Of a DNA stretch of 64,000 bases, positions 1 to 15,529 are shown piece by piece (within the stretch, counting starts at the first letter, position 1; the number at the start of each line of letters is the position of its first letter). The stretch covers positions 92,876,001 to 92,940,000 of the forward strand of contig OX597820.1 of assembly GCA_951406725.2 (NCBI GenBank), written 5' to 3'. The notes beneath the pieces are model-generated. The model saw nothing but the letters and a program-made list of their open reading frames with translations. It did not search any database and was not told the DNA's origin. The position numbers and the translations under genes were made by a program. The stretch is from Octopus vulgaris. Lineage: Eukaryota.

Positions 1-72
1 GAAGTCATCAGCGGAGATTCTGGTGGTCTGGAAACTTGGGAGAAGCGGCACTAGTCTTTCAAGTGTCATTGT
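1..72 (-). CDS. Candidate coding exon of unidentified host gene; runs off window start (TMTLERLVPLLPSFQTTRISADDF...)
   Basis: Minus strand reads ttattcAG|ACAATGACA. Only the phase-0 frame is open to the window edge. Non-repetitive and more GC-rich than the flank; phase-compatible with the other two candidate exons. Confidence 0.5.
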
Positions 73-152
73 CTGAATAATTATATAGCGACTTTCTCTC
101 ATATATTTTTTGATACGTTATCTTACATTATGGTGTATATATATAAACATAT

Positions 153-395
153 ATACAAAATTAAGAGGAATGACCACTAAAATGGCATTTTGGCATTTTG
201 CTGAGGTTTTTTTTTCTTGAGTGCACATTCTTCGTGGTAATGGCGATTTGACGTCTATGCTTAGCATATAGGGTGTCCATTTTAGTGGTCATTCCTTTTA
301 ATTTTGTATGTATCACAATACTTAAAATTTTGTATGTATCGGATTTTTTAAATATGCTAAGCCACTGGTGTTAATTGATTAACATGAATTAATTT

Positions 396-398
<3 letters not shown>
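153..398 (+). mobile_element. Fold-back Penelope-like terminal fragment
   Basis: 33-bp arms 153-185 / 277-309 plus an unpaired tail to about 398, flanked by TA repeats. Confidence 0.6.
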
Positions 399-455
<57 letters not shown>

Positions 456-1029
456 TACTGTTGTGTATGGTGGGGGGGGGATTTTCTTTTTGTGCCTTAT
501 AATTTAACACTCACCTGCAAAATTATTTCCACTTATTTCATATTTTTATTTTCATAAAATTTTCGTTGATTAATATATGTGTGTGTGTGTGTATGTATGT
601 TTTGTGTGTGTATATATATGACTGTATGTGTATACATACAAACATTATAGATGTATGTTTATAACGATACGTTTCAGTTGCACGGCGTTATTCGTATTCT
701 GACTTTAATTAAAACAAACTACGAATCTGCTATTCATCTTGCTGAACTTGGGGTCATTGTTAAATGATGACCGGTAGCAGTATTGATAGATTATTATTTA
801 CTATCTATGAGAGAGAAGCAATTTCTATGGACAACTCTTTAATAATACGACAATGTGAGCAAAATTGTATTTTGAATAAGAGAACTTGTATTTCGGATTA
901 GAAATATACTGACAAGGCCAAACAAAGTTGCAATAATGCGATCTAGTGGCCTCGGCACTTGAGGTAGCGGAAATGTACATCTCCGCAAGCGATATAGACT
1001 AGAGCGCATTTTGCACCAAAAAGTGTAGG

Positions 1030-1779
1030 TACAGGGCTGGTTGTGTGATAAGAAGTTTGCTTACCTATCGCTTGGTTTCAGGTACAGTCCTACTATGAGG
1101 CACCTTGGGCAAGTGTCTTCCACTATAGCCTCGAGTCGAGCAAAGCCTTGTAAGTTGATGTAGCAAAGGGAAACTGAAAGAAGTCCATCGTATATGTATA
1201 TATCTACGTGTGCTATTGTGTCTCTGTTTGTACCACCACCACCGCTTGATAACCGGTGTTGGTGTGTTTACGTTCCCGTAAGTCAGCAGTTCGGCAAAAT
1301 GACCGATAGAGTATGTATCAATACCGAGCATGGCCGCAGTTTAATGATTGAAATAAGTAAAAGATAAAAGATAGAGATAGGGGCATGCGTGGTTATAGAG
1401 TTAAAAAGCTTGATTGGCAACCATAGATTCTTCTGTTCAGTCCCATTGCATGGCACCGTGGGCAAATGTCTTCTGTTATAGAACCGAGCAGACCAAGATA
1501 TTGTGAGTTGATATGGTTGATGGAATCTGAAAGAAACTCGATGTATGTAAACATATATGTATATATTTATGTGTACCTTTGTTTTTGTACTACGTTTGTC
1601 ACCTATCGTTGCGTAATAAGCTGATTTGATTAAATCCCCGTAACGCAGCTATTCAGCCAAAGAGGCCGTTGGAATAAGTACCAATCTTTAAAATAAGCAC
1701 TTGAGTAGATTTGTTTGAGTAAACCATTCAAGGCAGTGCCCCAGCATGACCACAATCCAATGACTGAAACAAGTGAAAA
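1030..1779 (+). mobile_element. Two older tandem SINE family A copies
   Basis: Diverged matches to head (ggcaagtgtcttc), body (gaaactgaaagaag) and tail (agcatg...tgaaa), at about 1030-1378 and 1380-1779. Confidence 0.75.
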
Positions 1780-1780
1780 A

Positions 1781-2015
1781 AATACCTATTTCTTTACTAC
1801 CCACAAAGGGCTAAACACAGAGGAGACAAACAAAGACAGACAAACGGATTAAGTCGATTGCATCGACCCCAGTGCGTAACTGGTACTTAATTTATCGACC
1901 CCGAAAGGATGAAAGGCAAAGTCGACCTCGGCGGAATTTGAACTCAGAACGTAACGGCAGACGAAATACGCTACGCATTTCGCCCGGCGTGCTAACGTTT
2001 CTGCCAGCTCGCCGC
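1781..2015 (-). mobile_element. tRNA-headed SINE, family B
   Basis: Minus strand: ggcgagctggcagaa (A-box) ... gagttcaaattcc (B-box) ... gcctttcatcctttcggggtcgataa ... tail ending gtaaagaaatag. Confidence 0.9.
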
Positions 2016-2080
2016 AGAATGCATACATACATGTGATCGCGTGTACGCGTGAGTGTGCGTGCGCGTACATGTGTGTGTGT

Positions 2081-2138
<58 letters not shown>

Positions 2139-2721
2139 GTGTGTTTAGAAAGTAGGAGAGAACAGAGATATGAGATACAGACAAAGAGAGAGAGAGAGAG
2201 AGACAGGGTGAGAGATCTTGCTGGACAATAATCTTAATTTTGTAGAATTTCGTTAAATTTCATGCAGTGTCGATCCTAGTTTTTCTCTAAACCAGATTTG
2301 CAATAAGTTATTCATTAGCTTGTTGTACTTACGTGATGATTAATGCTTATGTATTGTGTTGCTTGTCATCAAATAATAAATATTGGATATCTATACACTT
2401 TAAAGTATTCAAGAAAATACATTGATTTGACTACGCAAAATGTCTCCTCCGCAGCTTTCTGTGCCTCTTACCTTCTCATCCCTTCTCTTTATTTCCCTTT
2501 CTATTTTGCTTTCTCTCTCTTTCTATAAAGACACACACATACACATATATTTCCTCTCCTTTTGTTATTTATTTCTGACTGTTTTCCACCCGCCCTCATT
2601 TCTTTCTCTCTATATATTTCTCTCTATCTGTCTAGCTATCTATCAATCTATCTATCTATCAATCTATCTATCTATCTATCTATCTCTATCTCTATCTCTA
2701 TCTTTGTCTCCCTGTTCCTTC

Positions 2722-2771
<50 letters not shown>

Positions 2772-4211
2772 CCATCTATCTATCTATCTATCTCTATCTT
2801 TCTCTATCTGTCTATCTATCTCTATCTCTATCTTTGTCTCCCTGTTCCTTCCTCTCTCTTTCTCTCTATCTACCTACCTATCTTTGTCTCCCTCTTTCTT
2901 CCTCTCTCTTTCTGCAAAGAAACAAGTCACTGTGAACCAAAATATATTTTCTCATACAGAACAGTTTTCTTCTAACGAATGTTATTTTTCTATGGCATTA
3001 AGAAAACACTGAGGATATATTGAATTCTTTGAATGATAAGAATGTTTCAAATAGGATTTCGTCGCCTGGTTCATTCCAGCAAATATCACAATTTTAATCA
3101 AAACAGGCTTGCTTTTAGAAGAAGGTTTGTTCCTACTGCAAAGACAATAACGAACGCCATTATAACAATTCATACTCTGAAAGACGCCATTCAAGAATAC
3201 AGCACTCGATAGCATTTCTTTAGTTTGTAAGAATCTGTAATAATGTGCAATGCGCAATAAAGAACCTTGCCTCCATCCAAATATTCAAATACAGCCTCAA
3301 TTCTCTGATATGAAATAGTAAAATAAAGGCGAAATTTATTTAGAAAATAAATTTAATCTTGGAGGAATTTTCTGGAAACGTTTTTGTTTTATATTTTTAC
3401 GTATAGAATTTACTATCAAAATTCAAATAGGTTTTAAATTTATCAGTGCTCTAGTTATATATAGTTTAAAAACTTCAAAATTAAATTATATTCATGCAGC
3501 AATGAGTATCTCACTTTTACCTGCTGTGATTTTTATTTATTTTTCGCATACATTTTGCAATTTTGCAATATTCAATATTTTGTAAAATTGAATTGATAAG
3601 ATATGCTACTGGTAATTAATGCATTAAGAACGTATCCACGTTTATTTCAAGTTCAGAGTTATCTGCTGTATTCTGAGCTTCTATAAAATGCAGACACGTA
3701 TCTCACTTATTAGAATTACCTATTAATATACTTTTCTGCGCTATAGTTTTTGAGATTAAACTACCATGTAAATTAGAAAATAAAATTTTTCACTTCATTG
3801 AAGAGAACCATCATTTTTCAGATGGGAAATTATGATATAAAGTTATGATTTGTTCTCAAATATGAATTTTATGCATCCCAAAACTGCTATATCGGTATCT
3901 ATAGTATGGAATAGTAAGCTCTATGACCCTCAAGCCCTTAAGCCTTTCAAAGAGAACTAGAGACACCATAACAAACAATACATCAATGGTAGGTTTCAAT
4001 TCCAATGCTACAAACATTAGCGCATGTACGCACACGCACAGACGCGCGCTCGCACACGCACACTCATACTCACAGAAGCACAAAGCATAGACAGACACAA
4101 ATACACACAAAAGATCACACCGATACAGGTAGATAGGTTGAAAGATACGAAATAATGTACAGCAACTATCTACGATATATATATATATATATATACAAAT
4201 AGTGATAACGA

Positions 4212-4563
4212 TCTTTTCTACTAAAAGCATAAGGCCTGAAATGACACGCCCCCAAAGTTTCACTGGTATTTAGTGTTATCGACCACGAAGTGATGAAAAG
4301 CAAAGTTGACCTCAGAAGAATTTGAACTCACAACATAGCGACAGGCGGAATAACGCTAAACATCTCGTCCTGCGTGCTACTGATTCTGCCAACTCGCTGC
4401 CTTCAACAATAAAGTTTATTATTATCATTATTATTATTGCTATTATTATTATTATTATTATTATTATAAAAAAGCATTCGTGTAGCAACACCAAATGGCG
4501 CTGCCCCAACATGGCCACAGCTCGTGAGCTGAAACTAGATGAAATGAGATGAAAACTGAAAAA

Positions 4564-4600
<37 letters not shown>

Positions 4601-4811
4601 TCAAATGTCTGCCACACGTGCAGCTTGGAGGAGGTGGGGATGAGTCGATTACATCGACCCCAGGTTTCAAATGGTACTTATTTTATCGACCCCGAAAGGA
4701 TGAAAGACAAAGTCAACCTCGGCAGAATTTTAACTCAGAACGTAGCGACGGGCGAAATACCGCTGAGCATTTCGCCCAGGGCGCTAACGATTCTGCCAGC
4801 CCGCCGCCTTC
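4212..4811 (-). mobile_element. Two SINE family B copies (about 4212-4405 and 4598-4811) among (TAA)n tracts
   Basis: tcgaccccgaaaggatgaaag / gaactca / ttctgcca motifs. Further copies at about 9534-9750(+), 10420-10615(-), 12505-12705(-), 17060-17500(+) and 22045-22790(+). Confidence 0.8.
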
Positions 4812-4844
<33 letters not shown>

Positions 4845-5003
4845 GACAACAACAGCAAGAACAACAATAATAATAATGATGATAATAATTATAATATATT
4901 CATATAAAGGGAGATAATTATCCAAATTATATTATCACATCATAAAACAATGTAACCAGATGACCGTCATACATCTATAAGCAATATATATATAGAGAGA
5001 TAT

Positions 5004-5345
5004 GTTTCTTTATTAGCCGCACAGGGCTGCACACAGACAGAACAAATTACAAGGTAGAGCTTTTCTTTTGGGGGTAAAAAAAAGGGGGTTGGTTTTCGAT
5101 CAAAAGGGATCGTAAAAGGAAAGAAAGAGGACAAAAAAAGGGAAGGATTTTAAAAAAAGGGGGGGAGATGGAATAAAAAGAAAAGGGGAGAGGAAAAAAA
5201 AGTTGGTCAATAGGGATCGTAATCACAGAAATGTCAATATGAAGTGTAAAGGGGAGGACAGGTGAGGTTTACCCGTGGAAGGAAAAGCCTACGGAAAAGA
5301 CCACGGTAACCTCGGTCAATGAAGTCACATGTTATATTTCTTCTT
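5004..5345 (-). mobile_element. Probable 3' UTR fragment of an L1/Tx1-like LINE
   Basis: Pyrimidine-rich on minus strand, ending gccctgtgcggctAATAAAgaaa, between microsatellites. Family assignment is inferred. Confidence 0.4.
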
Positions 5346-5355
5346 TTTTTTTTGC

Positions 5356-5392
<37 letters not shown>

Positions 5393-5474
5393 CAGATAGA
5401 TATACACACACACAAGTGAGTGACTGTGTGTGTGTTTGTGTGTATGCATGTGTGTGTGTGCGCGCGTGTGTATA

Positions 5475-5960
<486 letters not shown>

Positions 5961-8206
5961 GAGCTTACCCGATTGACCAGGCGCACATGATGCACTGCGT
6001 CCTATATAAGGTAGAAGTTACAGCAAAGAAGAATCACATGGGATTATGTGAATGCGACTTCAAAAGAGATGCTGTTCAAACCACCTATATTCTTTCCGTC
6101 ACACGAAGAAAAGAAATAAAGCCCGTCATATGGATATGCGTGTATGGGGTTTGAAGATCAACTCTACACCACACAGAACCAAATGGAAAATTATAGAAAT
6201 ATCATTGCCATATGTTAATGGCTCTAAGAAATCCATGTTATGCGTAGCTGAAAGATCGCATATCATTTTTACGAGTAGATCTAAGAATTCCACAGCGCTG
6301 CTGAATTCCAGATCAGAAATTTTCGATAATTAGAAGCATATCACGATTTGGAGGACACCATTCTCTCCTAATAGAGCAGCAGCTGTTTTGTAGGCTTTAG
6401 ACTATTCCCGCTGATTCAATACCAACTGGCCCAATTATGGCTTTACAATCAAAGAGTATATGACAGTGTGTTTATATATGTTTAAGAAAGCATCATAGTA
6501 TATAATAATAACACGCTGTTGTCAATGTTCGGTAAATATGAAAGTTAAGCTCCTACATATCTGCTTTCAAATCCAACTGGGTTTAATTTGCTTGAGCTGG
6601 ATTCAAGTGTTAAAATCAGTCATGTGTTTGTTTGTGTGTGTCTGTGTACATGTGTGTGGGTGTATGGGTGTGGGTGATTATACATATATAAGCATGCATA
6701 CATAAATGCATATATAATTAAATATACAATCGTAAGAGGTATTAATAGTTTTATGCTATTATTATATTTGAACCGGTATATACGTGTGTGTGTGAGTTTT
6801 TGTGTGTGTGTGTGAGTGTGTATGTGTTTGTGTATACACTGCATATTTATACTGAAAGCATATTCTATGATTCTATTACTGTTCTTTTAAGTCTATTCAA
6901 TCCTGACCGAGAAATTAATTCAACCAGTGTCAGTGCCCACTACGTTAGTCAGATTGTAACTAGGATTATATGAGCTCGTGTTGTTTCATATTCTTTAAGA
7001 TTTGGGTTATGTCACTGTTATTCGTAGGAGGTGGAGAAACCACGTAATATTTCCTTCATTGGTTCATATTCAATTCTAGTATAAGGCATAGTATCCATGG
7101 TCACGAAATTTTCCATTCACATTCTAAAATCTTTTAACCAAAAAGATGATCGAGAGAGAGGACTAGATTTAAAGAAACAATAATTGACCGGGAACTCTCG
7201 TTTGAAAATATTTTATAGTATTTTGAAATAAAAACAATATAATTTTTATTTTTCTTCTAGGTTTGCTTTAGAGAAGGAAAAGTAACGTCCATATTATTTG
7301 CAAAGATTAAGACTATGAATATTTGGAACCCAGCTTAAAGGTAGCGAAGGGCAAAAAGGTAATATTGGTATTGAAAGATTATACCTGCCATACAATACCA
7401 AATGTGGTCCCTCTGGCCAGCTTCCATCAAAGATATTTAACTAAAAAAAAAAAAAAGCCTTGGTAAGCCTATGATCATGATAAATCACCAACCTCTCGGC
7501 TTCATACCTCTTACCTCAGCACCGATATGTCTATTTGGTGTTTTGCTAGTTATTCGAGGTGTTATAAGAATATTTCCGATGGGTATATGGTGGGAGTATC
7601 CAGTTTAATAGAAATGCGTACGCAACTGACGATCATTGATAGTCAGTTTACAAATAGTTTCAGTTACGAGACAAGATTTTGTAACTTTGTTAGAAAAGCT
7701 TAACGTACGCGCATCAAATTTTGTGAGGAGCTCAGCAAATCTGCTTCTGAGATCCTCGAAATATGGTTGCGAAACGAACTTTTTCACCACAAGTTCATGC
7801 GAACAATGATATCTCTATAATAATTAAATATGCAGAGATTGATTCAAAAAGTAACAGTACTCACTCCCAACTTGTTCACAAAATTTTGTTATAATGCAAG
7901 CACAGTTGTTTTTTTTTACCCTACTACGTCTGACTAAAGTTAAAAGAATGCCCGGAGGAGAATCTGCAGACGTAACTTACTGGCTGTAATGTGACACAAA
8001 AAAATTTAAAGAACCTCAAGCATAGATTCTTCTACTTCTCAATTTTGCTGTCTTTAGTAATGGCATAGCGCCATTTTCAGTCCTCTGTCAGTTCGGTCGT
8101 ATCTTTTTACATTCAATCTGTAAACACAACGTGATACAAAAATCGCTCCCAGCATTTCCTTCTCTTTCTTTCACAATTCTCTCTCTTTCCTTATTTTTCT
8201 CTCACA

Positions 8207-8313
<107 letters not shown>

Positions 8314-8498
8314 CAGTGTCGTTCTCTCGCTTCTTCTCACTTTTGTCTGTCTATGTGTATATGTATGTGTGTGTGTTTGTATGCATGTACAGTCCATTCG
8401 CGTCAGTTTTCTTTGCTTTTTCCCTCTATTTGTCTCTAATCATCTGACCTTGCCGTCACCTTCTAACTTTCTAAATGTATATCGATCGATATACATTT

Positions 8499-8935
<437 letters not shown>

Positions 8936-8980
8936 TCGTGTGTTTGTGTGAGTGAGTGCGTGTGTGCTGTGTGCGTGTGT

Positions 8981-9040
<60 letters not shown>

Positions 9041-10153
9041 CTGCGTCTGTGCGCCTGAACGTATAACCACAATATAGCTGAAGTTTGTTCACAAACATGA
9101 GGTCACCTGTTCGATCGCACTGCGTTGCATCTTGAGCTATCGTCACTTTCTAAACCTTCGTTTTATTAATATCATTCGCATAAAACTTCGTAGACAAAAA
9201 CTGTATAAAACTCCATCGAATGGATTGTATTCGTAATTTAAAAGGACCAGCCTGGTAACACATTATGTCACGCTGATTCTACCACAGAATTATGTTTAAG
9301 GTACTCGTCTTTGCCTCATGCTCAGCTTCATACGGGTTAATTCAGAAGCAGATAATTAAGTTAATTAAACAACTGAATTCTCTTGCTCGAACGACGGAAA
9401 TCTATCACTGTATGCATGTATGTATGTATGTATGTATGTATGTATGTATGTATGTATGTGTGCGTGTGTATATATATACATACATATTTGCGTGTGTGTG
9501 TGTGTTTGTGTAAGTAGGTAGGTTGGTATAAGTTGGTGAGCTGGCAGGATTATTAGCACGTCGGACAAAATACTGAGTAGCATTTCTTCCGGCACTGTAC
9601 ATTCTGAGTTCAAATGCCGCTAAGGTCGACTTTGCCTTTCATCCTTTCGAAGTCAATGAAATAAAGCACCAGTTGAGCAGAGGGGTCGATGCAGTCGACT
9701 TCCCCATCCCTTTAAAATCGTTGGCTTTGTGCCAAAAATTTAGAAAGATTACACGTATGTATGTATGTATGTATGTATGTATGTATGTATTACGCAAGTA
9801 TGCATGCGTCTGTGTGTGGTGTATCCTTTTATACATGTGTGTATGTATGCGTTCATCTTCTCGCCTGCTTTCATTGGCGGTTCCTCTTTCTTTGTTCTTC
9901 TGTCTATGTCTGTTTATCTCCTTCACAGTATCTTTCTTCTATCTATCTATCTATCTTTCTATCACACTATCTGTTCGTTCAGTCACTTATCTGTTCATTT
10001 CTCCTCCAGCTATTTGCGATTTCCCCTTCTTTATATTTTTATTACTTCCTTTATATCGCGTATATCTTCCTGTCCTCTCTCTTCTTCTTCTCACTTTTCT
10101 CTTATTCTCATTCTTTATACCTTTCTCTCTCTTTCTTTTCTGTCTCTTTCTGT

Positions 10154-10208
<55 letters not shown>

Positions 10209-11329
10209 AACACATCTATGTGTGTCTGTAAGTCTGCGTGCTTGTGTGATACAAACGCCATCATTACGCTTTTATTTCCTTTCAGGTTCAGCAAAACATC
10301 GAAATAAATGCTTTGCAGAATTTAGTTACGGATTTTTATGTTCTAAATTCGAATCTCACCGAGGTCGACTTAACCTTTCATATTTCTGGTGTCAATTGAA
10401 TAATTGTTTCAAAGCTTGACAAAAGTCCAGCAGTTTTAAGGGAGTGAATAAGTCGATTACAACTCAAGCATTCATTCAAGTAGTACTTATTTTATCGACT
10501 CCGAAAGGATAGGTTAAGTTGACCTCAGGGAAAATTGAAGTCAGAACGTAAGGAGCCGGAAGAAATGCCACTAAGCACTTTGTCCGACTTAGTAACAATT
10601 CCACCAGCTCTTCACCTGAGGAGTCAATTTAATAATACAAAACTATGTTTTCACATAACAAATATTTTCGTATAAGAGTTATACTGAAAATATATAAGTG
10701 TCTCTTTTAAGATGAGTTTTACATACTTAGAATACACAACACAAAAAAAGGAGGAAGCAGAAAAAATTCACATATTATTTGCAGGTTTTCGCATAGAAAG
10801 AGGTTTTAGTGAATAATCCCTAGTGCATATCGAAAACTAAAGAGAATATATACTAGAAGAAAAATCGTTCAAATTACCAGTTTTTAGCTGTTTTTCGCTG
10901 TTTTTTTGCTGTTTTTCACTGTATTTTGAATTTTCGCTGTTTTTCAGTTTACCAACGTTGTGTGTGTTTCCTCCATTATATCTAAAGACTATGTGGTCTT
11001 ATATACGTATATGTGTGAGTGTATATCTGTGTGTGTGTGTGTATGTGTACATACATGCAGATAGTTAGCAGACATACAGACGGATATATAAAGTCAAAAG
11101 TGAAAGCTGTGCCCAGGAACCCTCCCCAAAGTATCTGAGACTGGCAGGGATAAGGATCCTCAATGCAGAAACCTGACACGAAATGATGAAATTGCACAGC
11201 CGACATTTGTGGAATTTGAACTCAGATCGTAGAGATTCGGAAGAAAAGCCGCAAAGCATTTTGACCGACCTACATTTGATTTTCCTTGCTTTACTGTCTT
11301 AGAATATAAATGATGACATAAAGAATCTT

Positions 11330-11858
11330 TTCAACAAAAAGTATAAGGCCTGAAATTTTATGGGGAGAGGATAGTTGAGTATATTGAGCCCAGTGCTAAA
11401 TTTTTTCTTAGAAAATGTGAATGGCAAAGTCGTCCTTGGTGACATTTGACTCAGAACATAAAGATAGACGAAATACCTATTTCTTTACTACACACACGAG
11501 GCTAAACACAGAGAGGACAAACAAGGACAGACAAACGGATTATGTCGATTATATCGACCCCAGTGCGTAACTGGTACTTAATTGATCGACCTCGGCGGAA
11601 TTTGAACTCAGAACGCAGCGGCAGACGAAATACCTATTTCTTTACTACCCACAAGGGGCTAAACACAGAGAGGACAAACAAGGACAGACAAACGGATTAA
11701 GTCGATTATATCGACCCCAGTGTGTGACTGGTACTTAATTTATCGTCCCCAAAAGGATGAAAGGCAAAGTCGACCCCGGCGGAATTTGAACTCAGAACGT
11801 GACGGCAAACGGCTACGCATTTCGCCCGGTGTGCTAACGTTTCTGCCAGCTCGCCGCA
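11330..11858 (-). mobile_element. Tandem array of SINE family B copies
   Basis: Tail aaatacctatttctttact recurs at about 11470 and 11628. Confidence 0.85.
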
Positions 11859-12460
11859 TAAATAATGATAATAATAATAATGGTTTCAAAGCATATTGCC
11901 CAACACGCTAACGGATGTGCCAGCTGGAATAATAAATAGATTATCTCTAACTGCTCAGTCTTAGGCAAGGAAGAATATAATCGCAAATAGGACAAAGTTA
12001 CACCAGCACTATGAATATGAAATCGCCACAGATATGAGATGCTGTAGATATATACCAGCAGTTTCCGAAAATTACTGAGTACCCGTACTCTGGGATACTT
12101 CAATAACCACAGAAAGGGAGATTAAGGCACCCAACAAGATATTGCTATCAATGACTAGCAGGAATAGAATTGCACTTCTAGAGGAGATGAAATATAATTT
12201 ACATATAAATAACTGAAAATAATCATAACCCGAATGTGTTTATCTGTGTGTGTGGAGGGGTGAAAATTCCACTGTAAAAATAGGTGCTTTGGGCATGTTA
12301 AAATATCATACAGGCAGATACATAATAAAAAAAAAAAACCAAGACTTACAAATATACATGAGGTGCAGACAATAGCGCTACTAGACACTGCACACATATC
12401 GTGCAGAGTTATTCTGATACTGCAAAAGCAAAAATCAAAAAACAAAAAACGTAACAAAAC

Positions 12461-12508
<48 letters not shown>

Positions 12509-12717
12509 TTTACTAGAAGCACAAGGTCTGAAATATGGGTGAGTGGGATAGACGATTACATCGGTCTTAGTACTTATTCTACCGACCCTGAAAAAATGGA
12601 ATGCATAGTGGACCTCGGCGGAATTTGAAATCAGAACGTAAAGACGAACGAAATGCCGATGAGTATTTTGCCAAGCATGAAAACGATTCTGTCAGCCTGC
12701 TGCCTTAATAATAATAA

Positions 12718-12748
<31 letters not shown>

Positions 12749-13309
12749 AAGAAGAAGAAGAAGAAGAAAAAGAAAAAGAAAAAGAAGAAGAAGAAGAAGA
12801 AGAAGAAGAAGAAGAAGAGTTCAAATAACATAGAGAAGAAGAGTAGTATGTCGGAGAAATTGTAATTGACATGAGGGTTGATCAAGCTCAAGAAACTAAT
12901 TCTCATAGAATTGACCGGGGATATTTACCCCTTGACTGGCAGATTTAGAAAGTAACTTCTTGTAGCTAAACACTTTCGTATACTGGTTGAGCGTGTCATA
13001 TAAAAACTTTTACTCTTAGCGTTTTTGAGAAAAGTTTATGTTTACGAAGTTATTTAACGTTAAAGTTCTCGTATTTCGGTAATTTCAACCAATCAAGGAC
13101 GTGTATTCAGATGAATAAAATTACTGCCGTTGTTTGTCAACAACAACTGCTATTTATGACATATTTCATCTCAGTTATGTTTGTATGAATAAACGAGTGA
13201 ATCTGAAGCATGCCATCACCAGAATCGTTTGTGTATTTCTATTGCTTTTAGTTTTTTCCCTGATTTTCAGCTACTATTTTTGGAAAATCTTTTTTACCTC
13301 CCCTACCCC

Positions 13310-15529
13310 TGCTGACAATTACAGACCAATATGTTGCTACCTGTTAATGTGGAAGTTACTATCAAAGTCTTTAGCGGGGCATAACTTTATGTTATGATGA
13401 GACCCAAACTGCAAAATGGGTGCAGCACAACATATTGAACGTAGTCCCATCCACAAGGGACAGTAGCATGATGGGTCGAAACGACCGTTGTACAAACTAA
13501 AGATTTACACCAGTTAAGAACTGTACAAATTTCTTGATGTGAACGATATATTACCGGCGGAACAAAAAGGCTGTAGAAGGAGATGCAGGGGTGCCAAAGA
13601 TGAATGTTTGATAGACAAACAGTAATGCAAGATTGTAAACGAAGAACACATTTGGGAATGGTCTGGATTGATTATCGCAAAGCTTATGATACGATTCCAC
13701 ATTCGTGGATTATTGAGTACCTGTATCTGTTTGGAAATGCGAGGAATGTAACGTGTTTCCTGAAGATAAGTATAGTGTGGTAGAAAGTTGAACTGATACG
13801 TTACGGGAAAAGGTTTGGCACCCTGGGTATCAGAAGAGGGATTTTCCAGGGTGATAGATTATCTCCGCTGCCTTTTATTCTCTGTATGATACCCCTGACA
13901 TTGTTACTTAGGAAAATGAGCCTGGGATACTAACTAAAGGGAAAAAAAACAATCAACCACCTCCTCTTGGACGATTTGAAACTGTATGTCAGAGATGAGA
14001 CACAAGGGAGTTCGTTAGTGAACACTGTCCATAGTTTTAGTACTGATATTAGAATGGAATTTGAATTCAAGAAGTGCGGAATAGTCTACCCAAAAAGAAG
14101 TGAGGTATAGTCCCAATGGGGGATAGAATTACCAAATACAGACTTGATTAAGCAAATTGAAACGGAAGACTACAAATACCCTAATACCCTGTTTTACTAG
14201 AGTTCAACGAGATATTGGAGAAGGAAATGAAAGACCAACTGAGGATGGAGTATTTCCGAAGACTAAGGTTGGTGTGCGCTCAAAATTGACTGCATGGAAT
14301 AAAATGCAAGCAGTTAATACGAATGCGATAGCATCACTTCGGTATGGAGCGGGAATTATAAAATGGCAAAAAAAGATAAGTGGTGAAAATGAATACCAAG
14401 ACCAGAAAAATTTTGACAGTACACGGAGCCTTCCACCCTAGGAATGACACCTATAGGCTGTGTTTGTCCAGAAGAAAGGGTAGGAGAAGTTTGATCAGTT
14501 GCCAGGACTGTGTCGAAGCAGAGGAAAACAGCTTCGGGTGGTATTAAAAAATGCCGTGGAGCCATTGTTGAAACATACTAAGAAGGCCGACATCATCAAA
14601 ACTGAAAATTGTGTAAGGAAAGAAATATTCATCTCTTAAATATAGAACTGTATTATCTAAAGAAAAATATAAGCAAGAAATGAATGCAAAAACAGAAAAA
14701 GCATGGAAAAAATATGTACGGTCAGTTTGCAGGAGATGTGAACGCGAAGACAGATAGCGGACCGGTGGCTATGGATGAGGAGGAATGACTTGAAGATAGA
14801 GACAGAAGTACTCATATGTGCAGCTCAAGAACAGGCGTTAAGGACCAACTATATAAAGTGCAGAATAGACAACACTACCGACAGCGACAAATGCAGAATA
14901 TGTGGGGAGAGGGGTGCATCGGTATGCCCGAAGTTGGCACAACACGAATATAAAAGACGCCATGACATTGTGGCATGCATGATCCATTGAGATGTCTGTA
15001 GAAATCACGGCCTACAAAGAGCAAAGGCGTGGTATGAACAAACACCACAAGGAGTAACCGGGAATGAGAATTGCAAAATCCTGTGGAATACAGTGATACA
15101 GTGCGATCACCTGACCAGACATCGGAAACCGGACATTGTTGTAGTGAATAAAATAGAAAGAACATGCATGGTAATCGACATAGCATGTTCCGGTGACAAC
15201 AAGATCAATGTGAAAGAAGAAGAAAAAATAAACAACTATGACGATTTGAAGCGGGAAATACGAAGGTTGTGGTCAATGAGGTGAGTAGACGTGATACCAC
15301 TAGTAATTGGTGCACTTGGAAGTATCAGCACTCAACTATCAACACAGTTGAAAAAGATTGGTGCCAGTGTGGATGTATAACACCTTCAAAAATTAGCATT
15401 GCTTGGAATTGCAAGAATTCTTCGTAGAGTTCTTGAAGCATGACCAGTAAACAGGTGTCACCTTAGTCTGCTGGCTGTGGACAGCTAACACTTTCAATCA
15501 TACCCAGAAAAATAAGCTGTGAGTTTTCA

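Noticed and set aside
1-72. Resemblance of TTRISADDF to soluble guanylyl cyclase or EF-hand motifs
   Set aside because: Too short, and the other exons give no support, so no gene name is assigned.
2982-3257. 91-aa non-repetitive minus-strand ORF
   Set aside because: No recognisable motif or convincing splice sites.
12925-13385. Apparent MITE with agtaacttc/gaagttact TIRs
   Set aside because: The right-hand match is the WKLL-coding part of the Dong RT remnant, so the similarity is probably chance.
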